DNA of 64,000 nt from Patescibacteria group bacterium (GTDB taxonomy: Bacteria; Patescibacteriota; Saccharimonadia; UBA4664), in contig JAQGHG010000010.1 of assembly GCA_028288925.1 (NCBI GenBank), positions 8,057-72,056 on the forward strand. The letters are read 5' to 3'. Below the pieces are notes generated by a model. That model saw nothing but the letters and a program-made list of their open reading frames with translations, did not search any database and had not been told where the DNA came from. The translations under genes were made by a program, and so were the position numbers. Shown piece after piece: positions 1 through 9,216 of the stretch; position 1 is the first letter of the stretch; each line of letters starts with the position of its first letter.

Positions 1-2
1 AT

Positions 3-1415
3 CTGGAGCACTTGGCCGACACCTGCATTGCCGAGGGCCGGCTGAGCTCGCCGTATTATCCCTCGCCATATCCGATTGAGTATTTTTTGTCGCGCTGGTA
101 CCGCGGAGCGTACCGAGGGCAGTTGCAAGAGCGGATAGTGGCACGGCAGAAGACCGGGCGGTGGGGCAATCCGCTCGATACGGCACTGGCAGTGAGCGCC
201 TTGCTAAACATCGGGGCCGAGCCGGCGGCCGTGGCCGGGGCGGTAGATTGGCTGCGGGCTCAGCGCCCAGATGATATAGCGCCGTATGCCTTTTGTCTCG
301 ACCCGGCGATCGAGGGCCGGCCGTACGTTGCGGGTTCGCGGGCACTGACGGCGGCGTTTTGCTTGGAGGCCATAGCGAAATACGACGAGGCGGCGCGGGC
401 GGATAGCGCAAAGACGCCGGCCAAGGCCGCTAAGGCCTCCGGCGCTTTAGACGACCGGATCCACGAGCAGGTAGTCGCCCAAGCGATGGCGCGGTTTGAT
501 CAATCCGAGCGCGCCATACAAAGTGCGGCGCGCCAGATGCACGACCGCCTGCTGGGCGGAACGGCGGCGAGTCAGATTGCCCTCCTTCCCTACCTGTTCC
601 GGCAGGCACTGGGCGAGAACGGCCGGAGCATTAGCGACGAGCGGGTAGTGGCCCTGGGCGTGATCAGCTTCTACGGTTGGTTGGCCTACACGGTATACGA
701 CGATTTTCTGGACGAGGAGGGTGAGCCGCCCCTACTGCCACTGGCCAATATTGCGCTGCGAGAACTGGTACTGGCCCTGCACCGGGAGGCGGCGGACACG
801 CGCGGGTTTGGCGCCGTAGCCTGGCCGGCCCTCGACCGGCAGGAAGCCGCTAACGCCTGGGAGGTGACCCACTGCCGGGTACGCCGCCAGAGCGACCTCG
901 TGCGGGTGCCGCCGCCGGAATATGCCGATCGGCGGGTGCTGGCGGAGCGCTCGATGGGGCACGCGCTGGGGTGTCTGGCCATCACGATGGAATTGGGCCA
1001 CGGAATGGATAGTTTAGAGGTGCGGGCTGTGCAGGCGTTTTTCCATCACTTTCTGATCGCGCGGCAGCTATGCGACGATGCTCAGGATTGGAAAGCCGAC
1101 TTGCAGAAGGGGCAAATTAATGCGGTGGGAGCGTACTTGCTGAGTGGCATGAGCAAGCGAGGACCGTCGGTGCGCCACCTGTATGCACAGCTTGATCAGT
1201 TCTTTTGGGAGCACGCCGTCGGCGAGATAAACGAATGGATTTTTGGCGAGTTGACGCAGGCCCGGGCGGCCCTGAAGGGCGCCGCCTTCATCCAGAAACC
1301 TGAGGTGCTCGAGGCCTTGCTGGCGCCACTCGAGGAAGCCGCACACAAGGCCCAGGCCCAGCAACAACAAATGGTTGAGTTCTTGCGGACGTATCAGCCG
1401 GAGAAGCCGGCCTAA
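3..1415 (+). CDS. terpenoid synthase/cyclase-like protein (5' end probably outside window)
   Basis: Frame open from window start, so the gene is likely truncated. Asp-rich YDDFLDEE (DDxxD) plus a second acidic motif LCDDAQDWKAD fit a class I isoprenoid-synthase fold. N-terminal WGNPLDTALAVSALL resembles a prenyltransferase/squalene-cyclase repeat. Confidence 0.4.
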   Translation: MEHLADTCIAEGRLSSPYYPSPYPIEYFLSRWYRGAYRGQLQERIVARQKTGRWGNPLDTALAVSALLNIGAEPAAVAGAVDWLRAQRPDDIAPYAFCLDPAIEGRPYVAGSRALTAAFCLEAIAKYDEAARADSAKTPAKAAKASGALDDRIHEQVVAQAMARFDQSERAIQSAARQMHDRLLGGTAASQIALLPYLFRQALGENGRSISDERVVALGVISFYGWLAYTVYDDFLDEEGEPPLLPLANIALRELVLALHREAADTRGFGAVAWPALDRQEAANAWEVTHCRVRRQSDLVRVPPPEYADRRVLAERSMGHALGCLAITMELGHGMDSLEVRAVQAFFHHFLIARQLCDDAQDWKADLQKGQINAVGAYLLSGMSKRGPSVRHLYAQLDQFFWEHAVGEINEWIFGELTQARAALKGAAFIQKPEVLEALLAPLEEAAHKAQAQQQQMVEFLRTYQPEKPA

Positions 1416-1432
1416 TTTCGAGAGTAAAAGAA

Positions 1433-1828
1433 TTACTCTTCTAGCAATTGCTTTATAGGATCAAAATAATAATCCCGCCAACCGTCCGTCATACTTACAA
1501 GTTCATCGTCGCCGACATTTGTTTGTGTGAGATGAACTATGGTCTTATTGTCACCATCTGCCTGAAGTGAAAAAGTAACGTTATGAAGCCGCCTGGGGTA
1601 GTCGTGTTCGTACCAGTTCTGCTCCAAGCGTTCCTCCGCCTCAATTTTCGTGATTGTGCCATGAATATCACCGCCCCAGTAGCTAAACTCGCCACCGATC
1701 GTCGCATCAACTTTGGCCGAGCCCGCGCCCCATTGCTCGGCCGCACCGGCACTCGTCAATGCCTTCCAAACCGCACTTCGTGGACATTTTATAAGGTAGT
1801 CTTGGTGGATTGTATGCATATACAACAT
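1433..1828 (-). CDS. SRPBCC superfamily protein (Aha1/AHSA1-like)
   Basis: CPRSAVWKALTSAGAAEQW... is a typical SRPBCC/Aha1 N-terminus. Start moved to ATG 1828 because the longer ORF overlaps the tRNA. Gene is conspicuously low-GC. Confidence 0.55.
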   Translation of the reverse strand: MLYMHTIHQDYLIKCPRSAVWKALTSAGAAEQWGAGSAKVDATIGGEFSYWGGDIHGTITKIEAEERLEQNWYEHDYPRRLHNVTFSLQADGDNKTIVHLTQTNVGDDELVSMTDGWRDYYFDPIKQLLEE

Positions 1829-1855
1829 TTTATCAGACAAGATAAGAATAATTCC

Positions 1856-1941
1856 TGGTGCGCGAGAGAGGAGTCGAACCTCCACGTCCTTGCGGACACT
1901 AGTACCTGAAACTAGCGTGTATACCATTTCACCACTCGCGC
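1856..1941 (-). tRNA. tRNA-Leu (anticodon CAG), class II with long variable arm, encoded CCA
   Basis: Reverse complement GCGCGAGTGGTGAAATGGTATACACGCTAGTTTCAGGTACTAGTGTCCGCAAGGACGTGGAGGTTCGACTCCTCTCTCGCGCACCA. 7-bp acceptor stem; anticodon stem CTAGT/ACTAG with loop TTCAGGT; long variable arm; GGTTCGACTCC T-arm. Confidence 0.9.
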
Positions 1942-1996
1942 GAGTAGCTGACTGTAACTGGCCTAGAATAGCATAATTTCCCGGCGGATGGAAGAT

Positions 1997-3757
1997 CTAG
2001 CGGGCGGGCACGAAGCGTTGGCGGACTGTCCAGTGCTCGACGCCGTAGTAGCGGTCGGACGGAACGACCAGCCGGTGGGCTAGTATGCCGTCGACCGAAT
2101 CGCGCACGCCGTAGACGTAGCCGGACTGATAGAGCACGGCGGCCGGCGCGTCGGTGTTCCAGGTCTTTAGGAAGGCATCGTATTTGGCCTCGCGGATGGC
2201 CGGGTCGCTCTTGATGCGGGCGGTCTCTAGGGCGCGGTCGGTGTCGGCGGAGTTGTAGCCCGAGAGGTTTACGCCGGGGTCCTTGGCCTGGCTGGAATGC
2301 CAGTACGAGTAGACGTCGGGGTCGGAGCCCAGGTTGACGCCATAGAGTAGCATTTGGAAATTGCGCGGACGCATGTAGGTTTGTTGGAGTTCGGTGCTGT
2401 CGGCGGTGACGATGGTGAGCTGGATGCCCAGGCCGGCCCATTGGCGCTTGACCTCGCGGGCGGCTCGTTCTAGCTCGCCGCCTTCCAACGTGACGAGCTT
2501 GAGCTGGAGCTTGGCGCCGTCCTTGGTCCGGACAGCGCCGGCTTTGCCCTGGCTCCATCCGGCGTCCGTAAGCGCCTGGCGGGCCGCGGCGGTATTCAAC
2601 GGGGCCGGCGCGTAGCGGTTGGTATAGCCAATCTGGCCCGGCAGGAGCGGCTGGGACACGTCCGTACCTTGGTCGCCGGCCGCATGCTGCAAGATCTGCT
2701 GGCGGTCGAGCGAGCGCGAGAGAATCTGGCGCAGGGCTTTGTCTTTGAGGAGCGGATCGTTGGTGGCAAAGAACAGCGTTTGCTCTTCGGGCAGGGTCAA
2801 ATGGTGGTCGATGAGCTGCGCTTCGTGGCGCGAAGTTGGGTCGAGCTGCGGTTCGACGCGGCCCGGCGAGGTTACTTGATGTTGGGCGTATGCGACGAGG
2901 GCTTGGGCGGACGTGTCGTAGAATTTAAAGTCGAACTCGTCGAGCTTGGGCTTGCCGAGATGATAACGCGGGTTCGCCGTGAGCTCGATTTCCCGTGCCG
3001 AAGGCGCGAAGGTTTTGATTTGAAACGGTCCGGTGCCGATGGGATGCTGGTTGAACGAGGCCTCGCGCAATTGCGACGGCTCGACGTTTTCGAGCAGATG
3101 CCGGGGCACGATGCCGACGGTAGTGGAGTCGAGGAAGGAGTTTAGCGGCTGGGGCAGCACGAACACAACGGTGGAATCGTCCTTGACCTCAACTTTAACT
3201 CCTTGCCAAGAGGAGGCCAGCGGCGAGCGCGAATCGGGGTTTTGGATAGCGGTGAGGGTGAAGGCGACGTCGGCCGAAGTAAACGGCACGCCGTCATGCC
3301 ACTTGACGCCCTTGCGCAGGTGGAAGGTGTAGCTTTTGCCGTCGGGCGTGATAGCCCAAGACTCGGCCAGGTCGGGGATGAGCTGGCGGCGGGAGTTGTA
3401 GCGGGTAAGGCCGCTAAAGATCAGCCGGTTCACGTCCGAGGCGGCCGTGGATTCGGGCAATACCGGGTTGAGCGTCTGCACGGTACCGACCGCCGCCTCG
3501 GTGTAAATGCCGCCCGGCACCGGCACCGCGATACCGGCCGCGCGCCGCAGGCCGCCAATCCCCTGCCAAAGGCCGATCAAACCGATGGCCATTACCAGCC
3601 ACCACAGGGTCAAGAAGCGGCGCACCAGGTTGATTTGGTGCCACTTGCCCCAGATGTGCCGGTTGACGTAATTCGTAGCCCACTTGCGCAGGATGCGGGT
3701 ATCTCTCCTGATGCGGCGGACCTGCCGCCGATAGCGAAATCTCAGATAGTTGAACAT
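1997..3757 (-). CDS. ABC transporter substrate-binding protein, family 5 (OppA/DppA-like), N-terminal membrane anchor
   Basis: Family-5 SBP length with N-terminal TM; motifs such as DLAESW...DGKSYTFHLRKGVKWHDG. Confidence 0.8.
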   Translation of the reverse strand: MFNYLRFRYRRQVRRIRRDTRILRKWATNYVNRHIWGKWHQINLVRRFLTLWWLVMAIGLIGLWQGIGGLRRAAGIAVPVPGGIYTEAAVGTVQTLNPVLPESTAASDVNRLIFSGLTRYNSRRQLIPDLAESWAITPDGKSYTFHLRKGVKWHDGVPFTSADVAFTLTAIQNPDSRSPLASSWQGVKVEVKDDSTVVFVLPQPLNSFLDSTTVGIVPRHLLENVEPSQLREASFNQHPIGTGPFQIKTFAPSAREIELTANPRYHLGKPKLDEFDFKFYDTSAQALVAYAQHQVTSPGRVEPQLDPTSRHEAQLIDHHLTLPEEQTLFFATNDPLLKDKALRQILSRSLDRQQILQHAAGDQGTDVSQPLLPGQIGYTNRYAPAPLNTAAARQALTDAGWSQGKAGAVRTKDGAKLQLKLVTLEGGELERAAREVKRQWAGLGIQLTIVTADSTELQQTYMRPRNFQMLLYGVNLGSDPDVYSYWHSSQAKDPGVNLSGYNSADTDRALETARIKSDPAIREAKYDAFLKTWNTDAPAAVLYQSGYVYGVRDSVDGILAHRLVVPSDRYYGVEHWTVRQRFVPAR

Positions 3758-3776
3758 GCCGGCTACGAAATCCTAC

Positions 3777-3998
3777 TTATTTCTTGGAGAGAATACTCAG
3801 GATCACAGAAAGCACAAAGATAACCGCCAGAACAATGGTGGCGTTGAAAATGACGGCCTCGGCGCCGCGCCGTGAGCGATAAAACGACGTGTCGCCACCA
3901 AAGGCCGCCCCTAGGCTCTGGCCGCGGGACTGGATAAGTACGGTCAGGATCATCAGCAAGGCCGAGATCACGGTAATTACATTAAATAGGCTTTTCAC
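3777..3998 (-). CDS. secG: preprotein translocase subunit SecG
   Basis: 73 aa, two TM helices, LIQSRGQSLGAAFGG SecG signature; GTG start. Confidence 0.75.
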   Translation of the reverse strand: MKSLFNVITVISALLMILTVLIQSRGQSLGAAFGGDTSFYRSRRGAEAVIFNATIVLAVIFVLSVILSILSKK

Positions 3999-4350
3999 GC
4001 TTGAACTCCAGAATATCGATTAGCAGATAGTTGACGATCCAGATGATGACAGTAGCCACAATGGCTGTCCAGAAGGAACGCAGATGGAAGCTTGGGTAGA
4101 TCTTGGTGACCAAATACAGCATAAAGGCGTTGATCACGAGGGTAAAGAGGCCGAGGGTAAGGACGATGGCCGGTAGCGACAGCAAGATCACCAATGGACG
4201 GATGACAGCGTTGACGATGGAAAAAATAAGAGCTGCGATGACGAGCACCCGCAGCTTATCATTGTAGTTGATACTACCGGTCATTAATTCAGCCGCGGCC
4301 CAAAGGCCGAGGAAGTTAACCAGCCAACGCAGGATAAACTTACGAATCAC
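3982..4350 (-). CDS. DUF360 / phage holin-4-like family membrane protein (YvlD-like)
   Basis: 122 aa, four predicted TM segments; overlaps secG by 17 nt. Confidence 0.5.
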   Translation of the reverse strand: MIRKFILRWLVNFLGLWAAAELMTGSINYNDKLRVLVIAALIFSIVNAVIRPLVILLSLPAIVLTLGLFTLVINAFMLYLVTKIYPSFHLRSFWTAIVATVIIWIVNYLLIDILEFKREKPI

Positions 4351-4410
4351 CCCCCTATGATAGCATAATCCGTCCCGCTAGGCTAGCTGCGGTGGCGTCG
4401 TAATGAGGCT

Positions 4411-4442
4411 CGTAGGGGCAGAACTTGCGTTCCGCCCCTACG
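4411..4442. other. 9-bp inverted repeat hairpin (CGTAGGGGC...GCCCCTACG) downstream of small membrane gene
   Basis: Perfect reverse-complement arms with a 14-nt loop. Confidence 0.4.
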
Positions 4443-4479
4443 CTGGTTGCCTTTTCGTCCCTCGGGTTCGGTAAGCCGC

Positions 4480-4668
4480 CTATTTTATCCCTGCACGGCG
4501 CCCGCTCCAGCCTAGGAGCACTACGCCGACGAAGATGAGAAGTGCACTTACCGCAAAGATGATGTAATCGGTGGCTCCAGGTGGTTGTTCGGTGGACATG
4601 ACTCGCCATGCCCCAAAAATGAACAACGCGATCCCAGAAAATCCGAGGGCCAATCCGAAGCATCCCAT
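4480..4668 (-). CDS. small two-TM membrane protein (62 aa)
   Basis: Start reassigned to internal ATG preceded by GGGAGGG RBS. A TTGACA -35-like box lies about 100 nt upstream. Confidence 0.5.
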   Translation of the reverse strand: MGCFGLALGFSGIALFIFGAWRVMSTEQPPGATDYIIFAVSALLIFVGVVLLGWSGRRAGIK

Positions 4669-4915
4669 GTTCCCTCCCAAACGACCAAAAACGATCGTTT
4701 TCAAGGCATCATCACGAGTGCGATGACGTAGGTTACTTAATCAGTTGCGAATATGATTGTCAATTTTTAGGCGTTGTTTTCGAGTATTTACTTTTTCTTG
4801 CGCAGAAGTTTTTGGATGGCGAAGACGCTGGCGCCGGTTATTTTCATTTTGGGCTGGCGTTTGCGGTCGCGGCTAGTGGCGCGGCGGAGGGCCCGGTCGA
4901 TCTGGTGAGCCCGGC

Positions 4916-7051
4916 TCATGAGGCTGCCTCCGGCGCGATCACGTCCAGATGGCGGCGGAGGAAATCGAGCTGCAGCTTGAGCAGGTTTTCGGCGACTTCC
5001 TCTTGAGGGGTCATATGTGTGACGCCGGAGAGGGGCAAAACCTCGTGCGGCCGGCCGGCCGCGAGCAGGGCGCCCGAGAGCCTCAGGGAGTGCGCCACTA
5101 CTACATTGTCGTCGGCTAGCCCATGAATAATTTGTAGCGGTCGCTCCAGCCGGGCGGCGGCGGTGAGTAATGAGGTTTGGTCGTAGACAGCCGGGTTGGC
5201 CTGGGGATCGCCCAAGTACCGCTCGCTGTAATGGGTGTCATAGAGCCGCCAGTCGCTGACGGGGGCACCGGCTATCGCGGCCGCGAAGATGTCCGGTCGA
5301 AAGATGACTGCGGCGGCGGCCAGGTAGCCTCCAAACGACCAGCCCCGAATGGCGACTTTGCGACTGTCGAGCTGAGGATATTTGGCCAGGACCGTCTGCA
5401 GAGCCTCTACTTGATCCTCGATAGCTGGATTTAGGAGATCGCGATGGATGGCTTTTTCCCAGGCCGGCCCTCGCCCAGGCGCACCGCGGCCGTCCGCCAC
5501 TATCACGGCAAAACCGGCGTTGGCAAACCATTGGGCCGACAGCAAGGCGTGGCTGGCAGCTACAGCATACTGGGCGTGTGGTCCGCCGTAGGGGCTCATG
5601 AGCACCGGCAGCGGAGACGTGCCGTCGTAATGTTCCGGCAGGATTACGGCTGCTTCGAGGTGGCGCTTGGTGCTCGTAAGCCATGCGGGCCGGGGCTGGA
5701 GCGGCGGGACGGCGGCATGCGTAGCGATCTCCCCTATCCGTTTGAGCGCGCCATCCATCCAGAGGTGCACCTGCGGCGCCTCGTAACGGCAGGTGCTCAG
5801 GGTATTCTCATGGATGATCACGGTGGAACCGCCGACGGTGGCGCCGTGAACGCCCTCGCCCCGAGTGAGCTGGGTGGGCTTACCCTCGGGCGCCACCGCC
5901 CAAACCTGCCAAGAGCGAGGGGTCGGGTCCCAGGCCTCGAAGATGAGAGTACCGTCGTCTGTCCGCCCGCTAAACTGGCGCACATTGAGGTGAGGTGGCG
6001 TAACGGCTTTACCGTTTACCGTGAGGTGGCGGACGTCTGTGTCGGCCAGATCCACGATCTGGCCGTCTGGGAATTGGGCCGGCAACCCAGCGTGAATCTC
6101 GATCCAACGGGGATCTTTTTGCTCGGCTTGGAGCTGGGCATCGCCCGAAACAGGGTCTATTAGGTAGTGCTTGATGCGCGTTTGGTCGCGCGACTGAACT
6201 ACTATCAGAGGTGATGCCGAGGCCCATCTGACTGCTACCAGATAGGGATAATCGCGGTGGTCCCAGGTGATCGCGGTCTTATCCCCGCTCGCGGCGTCGA
6301 TGAGGCTCAGCGTGACGCCGGCGTTGGCCGTGCCGGCCGCTGGGTACTTAATGGTGGTGGGAGCCGCCGCCGGGTTGCTGGGATCACTGATAAACCAATC
6401 CGTCACCGGCTGGTTGTCGACCCGGGCGGCGATCAGCCGGGTACTGTCCGGCGACCACCAATAGCCCCGCTGGCGGTCCATCTCTTCGGCCGCTACAAAG
6501 TCCGCCACGCCCCAGGTGACGTGTGGGACGTCGGGTTTGGCTAGCTGTTTAACTTGGGGCTCGGCGGCCGAAACATCCAGACGGCCGAGCGCTCCGCCGG
6601 ATATATATGCTACGTAGTGGCCGTCGGGGCTCAGGCGGGGGTCGTAGGCCGATTCGCCTTTTAAGACGCGGGCCGGTTGCCGGCCGGGTTTTTCCGGCGC
6701 CAGGTACAGGTCGCCATTTAGCGCGAAAACGACCCGCTGCCCATCTTTGGATACGCTGTAGCTAGTGATGCCGGCCGAACGTTCCCGCAGGCGCTCGCGG
6801 CGGCGGCGCTCCTCGGCGGGCAATTCGCCGCTTTCGCCCGCGGCCAATGTGAGCGGATCGGCCACCAGCACCGCTGCGGCCATTTGGTCGTTGGTTATAT
6901 CAATGCGCCAGAGACAATTTACGGTATCTTCGCCGTGCCGTGAGCGCAAAAAGTAAATCCGCCCACCCCCGCCCGTAACGGTGACAGTCCGGGGATGGCC
7001 CAAGGTAAAGTTGCGAGTACGGGCGTTTTGACGGGGGAAAGAATCTGCCAT
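4916..7051 (-). CDS. S9 family serine peptidase, dipeptidyl-peptidase IV-like (beta-propeller + alpha/beta hydrolase)
   Basis: 710 aa; C-terminal GWSFGG nucleophile elbow and HGLADDNV; N-terminal propeller region. Confidence 0.85.
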   Translation of the reverse strand: MADSFPRQNARTRNFTLGHPRTVTVTGGGGRIYFLRSRHGEDTVNCLWRIDITNDQMAAAVLVADPLTLAAGESGELPAEERRRRERLRERSAGITSYSVSKDGQRVVFALNGDLYLAPEKPGRQPARVLKGESAYDPRLSPDGHYVAYISGGALGRLDVSAAEPQVKQLAKPDVPHVTWGVADFVAAEEMDRQRGYWWSPDSTRLIAARVDNQPVTDWFISDPSNPAAAPTTIKYPAAGTANAGVTLSLIDAASGDKTAITWDHRDYPYLVAVRWASASPLIVVQSRDQTRIKHYLIDPVSGDAQLQAEQKDPRWIEIHAGLPAQFPDGQIVDLADTDVRHLTVNGKAVTPPHLNVRQFSGRTDDGTLIFEAWDPTPRSWQVWAVAPEGKPTQLTRGEGVHGATVGGSTVIIHENTLSTCRYEAPQVHLWMDGALKRIGEIATHAAVPPLQPRPAWLTSTKRHLEAAVILPEHYDGTSPLPVLMSPYGGPHAQYAVAASHALLSAQWFANAGFAVIVADGRGAPGRGPAWEKAIHRDLLNPAIEDQVEALQTVLAKYPQLDSRKVAIRGWSFGGYLAAAAVIFRPDIFAAAIAGAPVSDWRLYDTHYSERYLGDPQANPAVYDQTSLLTAAARLERPLQIIHGLADDNVVVAHSLRLSGALLAAGRPHEVLPLSGVTHMTPQEEVAENLLKLQLDFLRRHLDVIAPEAAS

Positions 7052-7522
7052 TTAGCCCTCCTGAACAGCCCGAAGCCGCATTATGTCTTGGGAGTGGCGG
7101 TTTACGAGCCGGTTTTGGCTTTTCATCTCATGTTTGATCTCGACAAGATCTTTTTTCACCTTGCTCATATCCTGTTTGAGCCCGGCGACGTCTTGCTTGA
7201 GTTCGGAAACATCGTGCTTGAGCCCAATGACATCTTGTTTGAGCCCGGCGACGTCGTGTTTAAGCACGGTGACGTCATGTTTAAGTTCAGCGACGTCTTG
7301 TTTAAGTTCGGCGACGTCTTGTTTAACTGCCCCCAACTCTTTTTCTATGCTATCGAACCGTCCATATACGGCCAGGAAGTCTTGCTGGATAGCCGCCATA
7401 TCGTCTTCGTAACGATTCTCAAACACCCGGAACCGAGTATCGACCGATTGATCGACGATCTGCCGGATGTCGGGAAGGATCGCTATTTTGAGCTCATCGA
7501 GAGTAAAATCTACCGTTGCCAT
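7052..7522 (-). CDS. coiled-coil tandem-heptad-repeat protein, paralog family A (N-terminus MATVDFTLDELK)
   Basis: Eight imperfect 7-aa repeats (LKQDVAE-type). Stop TAA directly abuts the peptidase ATG (TAAATG), and a GGAGGG RBS sits inside its 3' end. Confidence 0.7.
   Translation of the reverse strand: MATVDFTLDELKIAILPDIRQIVDQSVDTRFRVFENRYEDDMAAIQQDFLAVYGRFDSIEKELGAVKQDVAELKQDVAELKHDVTVLKHDVAGLKQDVIGLKHDVSELKQDVAGLKQDMSKVKKDLVEIKHEMKSQNRLVNRHSQDIMRLRAVQEG
7176..7331. repeat. ~7.5 imperfect 21-bp tandem repeats inside the CDS
   Basis: ttgagcccggcgacgtcttgc / ttgagttcggaaacatcgtgc / ttaagttcggcgacgtcttgt ... Confidence 0.8.
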
Positions 7523-7573
7523 GACTTGGTTCCTGTTCTCATCCGAGTATACCCTTTAATTTTGTATCTATTG

Positions 7574-7589
7574 TACCGAACAAAAGCCG
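7574..7589 (-). promoter_or_regulatory. conserved promoter-proximal element TACCGAACAAAAGCCG (gene orientation CGGCTTTTGTTCGGTA) upstream of repeat-protein gene
   Basis: Near-identical 16-mer upstream of the paralog at 41038..41053; GTTCGGTA also upstream of uvrA. Confidence 0.45.
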
Positions 7590-7604
7590 TATGTAAAGAC
7601 CCTA

Positions 7605-9131
7605 TTAGCGTTCTTCGGTGGACATGTCGTCGGAAGTAGCCTCGAGGGTCGGCGCGGGCGTTTGACCCAGGTGCTCCTTGATGGCTTGAGCCTTGGCCGG
7701 ACCGATGGCGGCTGAGACCTCTTCGAGCGTGGCGAGCTTGACGCCGCGCACCGAGCCGAAGCGCCGGATGAGGAGTTTGCGGGTAGCCGGGCCGACGCCG
7801 GGGATCTCGTCGAGGAGGCTGTGGGTGGCGCGCTTGCCGCGAAGGATGCTCTGGTACGTGATGGCGAAACGGTGGGCTTCGTCGCGCACACGCTGGAGCA
7901 GCTGGAGGACATGGCTGGAGGCCGGCAGCAGGATGCTCTCGAAGTCTGTGTTGGCGGTGACCCAGGCCTCGTTGTCCCAGTGGCCGGCGACCCCCTCTTG
8001 CTTGAGGTGGCGGCGAATAATTTCTTCTTCGCGCTTGGCTAAGCCGATAGCCGGGACGCTCAGGCCTTGGGCATCGAGTACGCTAAGGGCGGCGGCGAGC
8101 TGGCCTTGGCCGCCGTCGATCAGGAGCAGGTCGGGCTTGGGCCATTCGGCGGCGTTTTTGGGGCTGAAGCGCCGGGTGATGACCTCGCGCATATGGCCGT
8201 AGTCGTCGTTGCCGGTGAGGTTCATCTTGAAGCGTTTGTACTCGTCGCGGTTGGGCACACCGTCGTTAAACACCACCATGCTGGCCACATTGTCGACGCC
8301 GCCGAGATGCGAGATGTCGTAGGCTTCGATCCGGCGCGGAATGCTCTTGAGCTCCAGGCGTTCGGCCAGTCCGGTGAGCGCCTGGTCGCGCGTGAGGTCG
8401 AAGGCTTCTTTGTCGCCAAATACCATTTGTTTGCCAAACGAGCGCAGGTCGGTGAGCTGGTCGCGCAGACGGGCGGCGTGCTCGAAGTCTTTCTTTTTGG
8501 CGGCGCGCTGCATTTCGGTTTCGAGCTGGGTCATAAGCTTGGTTTGCTCGCCCTTGAGGTAGAGCTCGAGCTTGCGGATGCCGCGGCGGTAATCGATGGC
8601 GTCGATGGCGCCTTCTTCGGGACCAGGGCACAATCCAAGGTGGTATTGTAGGCAGCCGCGCTTGGGCCAGTTGGCGTGGGTGATGTAAGGGAAGACTTTG
8701 CGCAGCATACGCATGGCCCGGCGCAGCGAGTCGCTGGAGGTGAAGGGACCGTAGTAATGAGCGCGGTCGTCGAGCGGCCGCCGCACATAACTAACGACCG
8801 GGAAGTCGTCGGCCGAGATTTTGACGTACAGGAAGTTTTTGTCGTCCTTGAGATCGATGTTGTACTTGGGCTTGTAGCGTTTGATGAACTCTGACTCCAG
8901 AAATAGCGCCTCGACCTCGCTACCTACGGTGACCCACTCGGTGTCGGCGATATCGGCTACCAGGAGCCTCGTTTTGGGGTCGCGGTGCTTGTTTTGGAAA
9001 TAGCTCATGACGCGGTTTTTGAGCACGGCGGCTTTGCCGATGTAAATAATTTTACCCTTGGCGTCACGGTGGAAATACACCCCGGGCTCGGCCGGGAGGG
9101 TCTTGAGTTTGTCGCGGAGGTGGTCGGTCAT
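7605..9131 (-). CDS. uvrC: excinuclease ABC subunit C
   Basis: GIY-YIG N-terminus (PAEPGVYFHRDAKGKIIYIGKA), UvrC middle region and C-terminal HhH. Start set at ATG 9131 (MTDHLRDK); the 200-aa upstream extension of the ORF is rejected. Confidence 0.9.
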   Translation of the reverse strand: MTDHLRDKLKTLPAEPGVYFHRDAKGKIIYIGKAAVLKNRVMSYFQNKHRDPKTRLLVADIADTEWVTVGSEVEALFLESEFIKRYKPKYNIDLKDDKNFLYVKISADDFPVVSYVRRPLDDRAHYYGPFTSSDSLRRAMRMLRKVFPYITHANWPKRGCLQYHLGLCPGPEEGAIDAIDYRRGIRKLELYLKGEQTKLMTQLETEMQRAAKKKDFEHAARLRDQLTDLRSFGKQMVFGDKEAFDLTRDQALTGLAERLELKSIPRRIEAYDISHLGGVDNVASMVVFNDGVPNRDEYKRFKMNLTGNDDYGHMREVITRRFSPKNAAEWPKPDLLLIDGGQGQLAAALSVLDAQGLSVPAIGLAKREEEIIRRHLKQEGVAGHWDNEAWVTANTDFESILLPASSHVLQLLQRVRDEAHRFAITYQSILRGKRATHSLLDEIPGVGPATRKLLIRRFGSVRGVKLATLEEVSAAIGPAKAQAIKEHLGQTPAPTLEATSDDMSTEER

Positions 9132-9216
9132 GAGAGTATTATACCTCATACTTCTATTGACATGGATAGCGCTTTGTGTTACTATGTGTTTACTCGAAAG
9201 AGTACCCCCCCTGTTC

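Noticed and set aside
1929-2558. 209-aa Arg/Pro-rich ORF on the minus strand
   Set aside because: It lies entirely inside the family-5 SBP gene (1997..3757) in another frame; its composition is typical of an out-of-frame GC-rich artefact.
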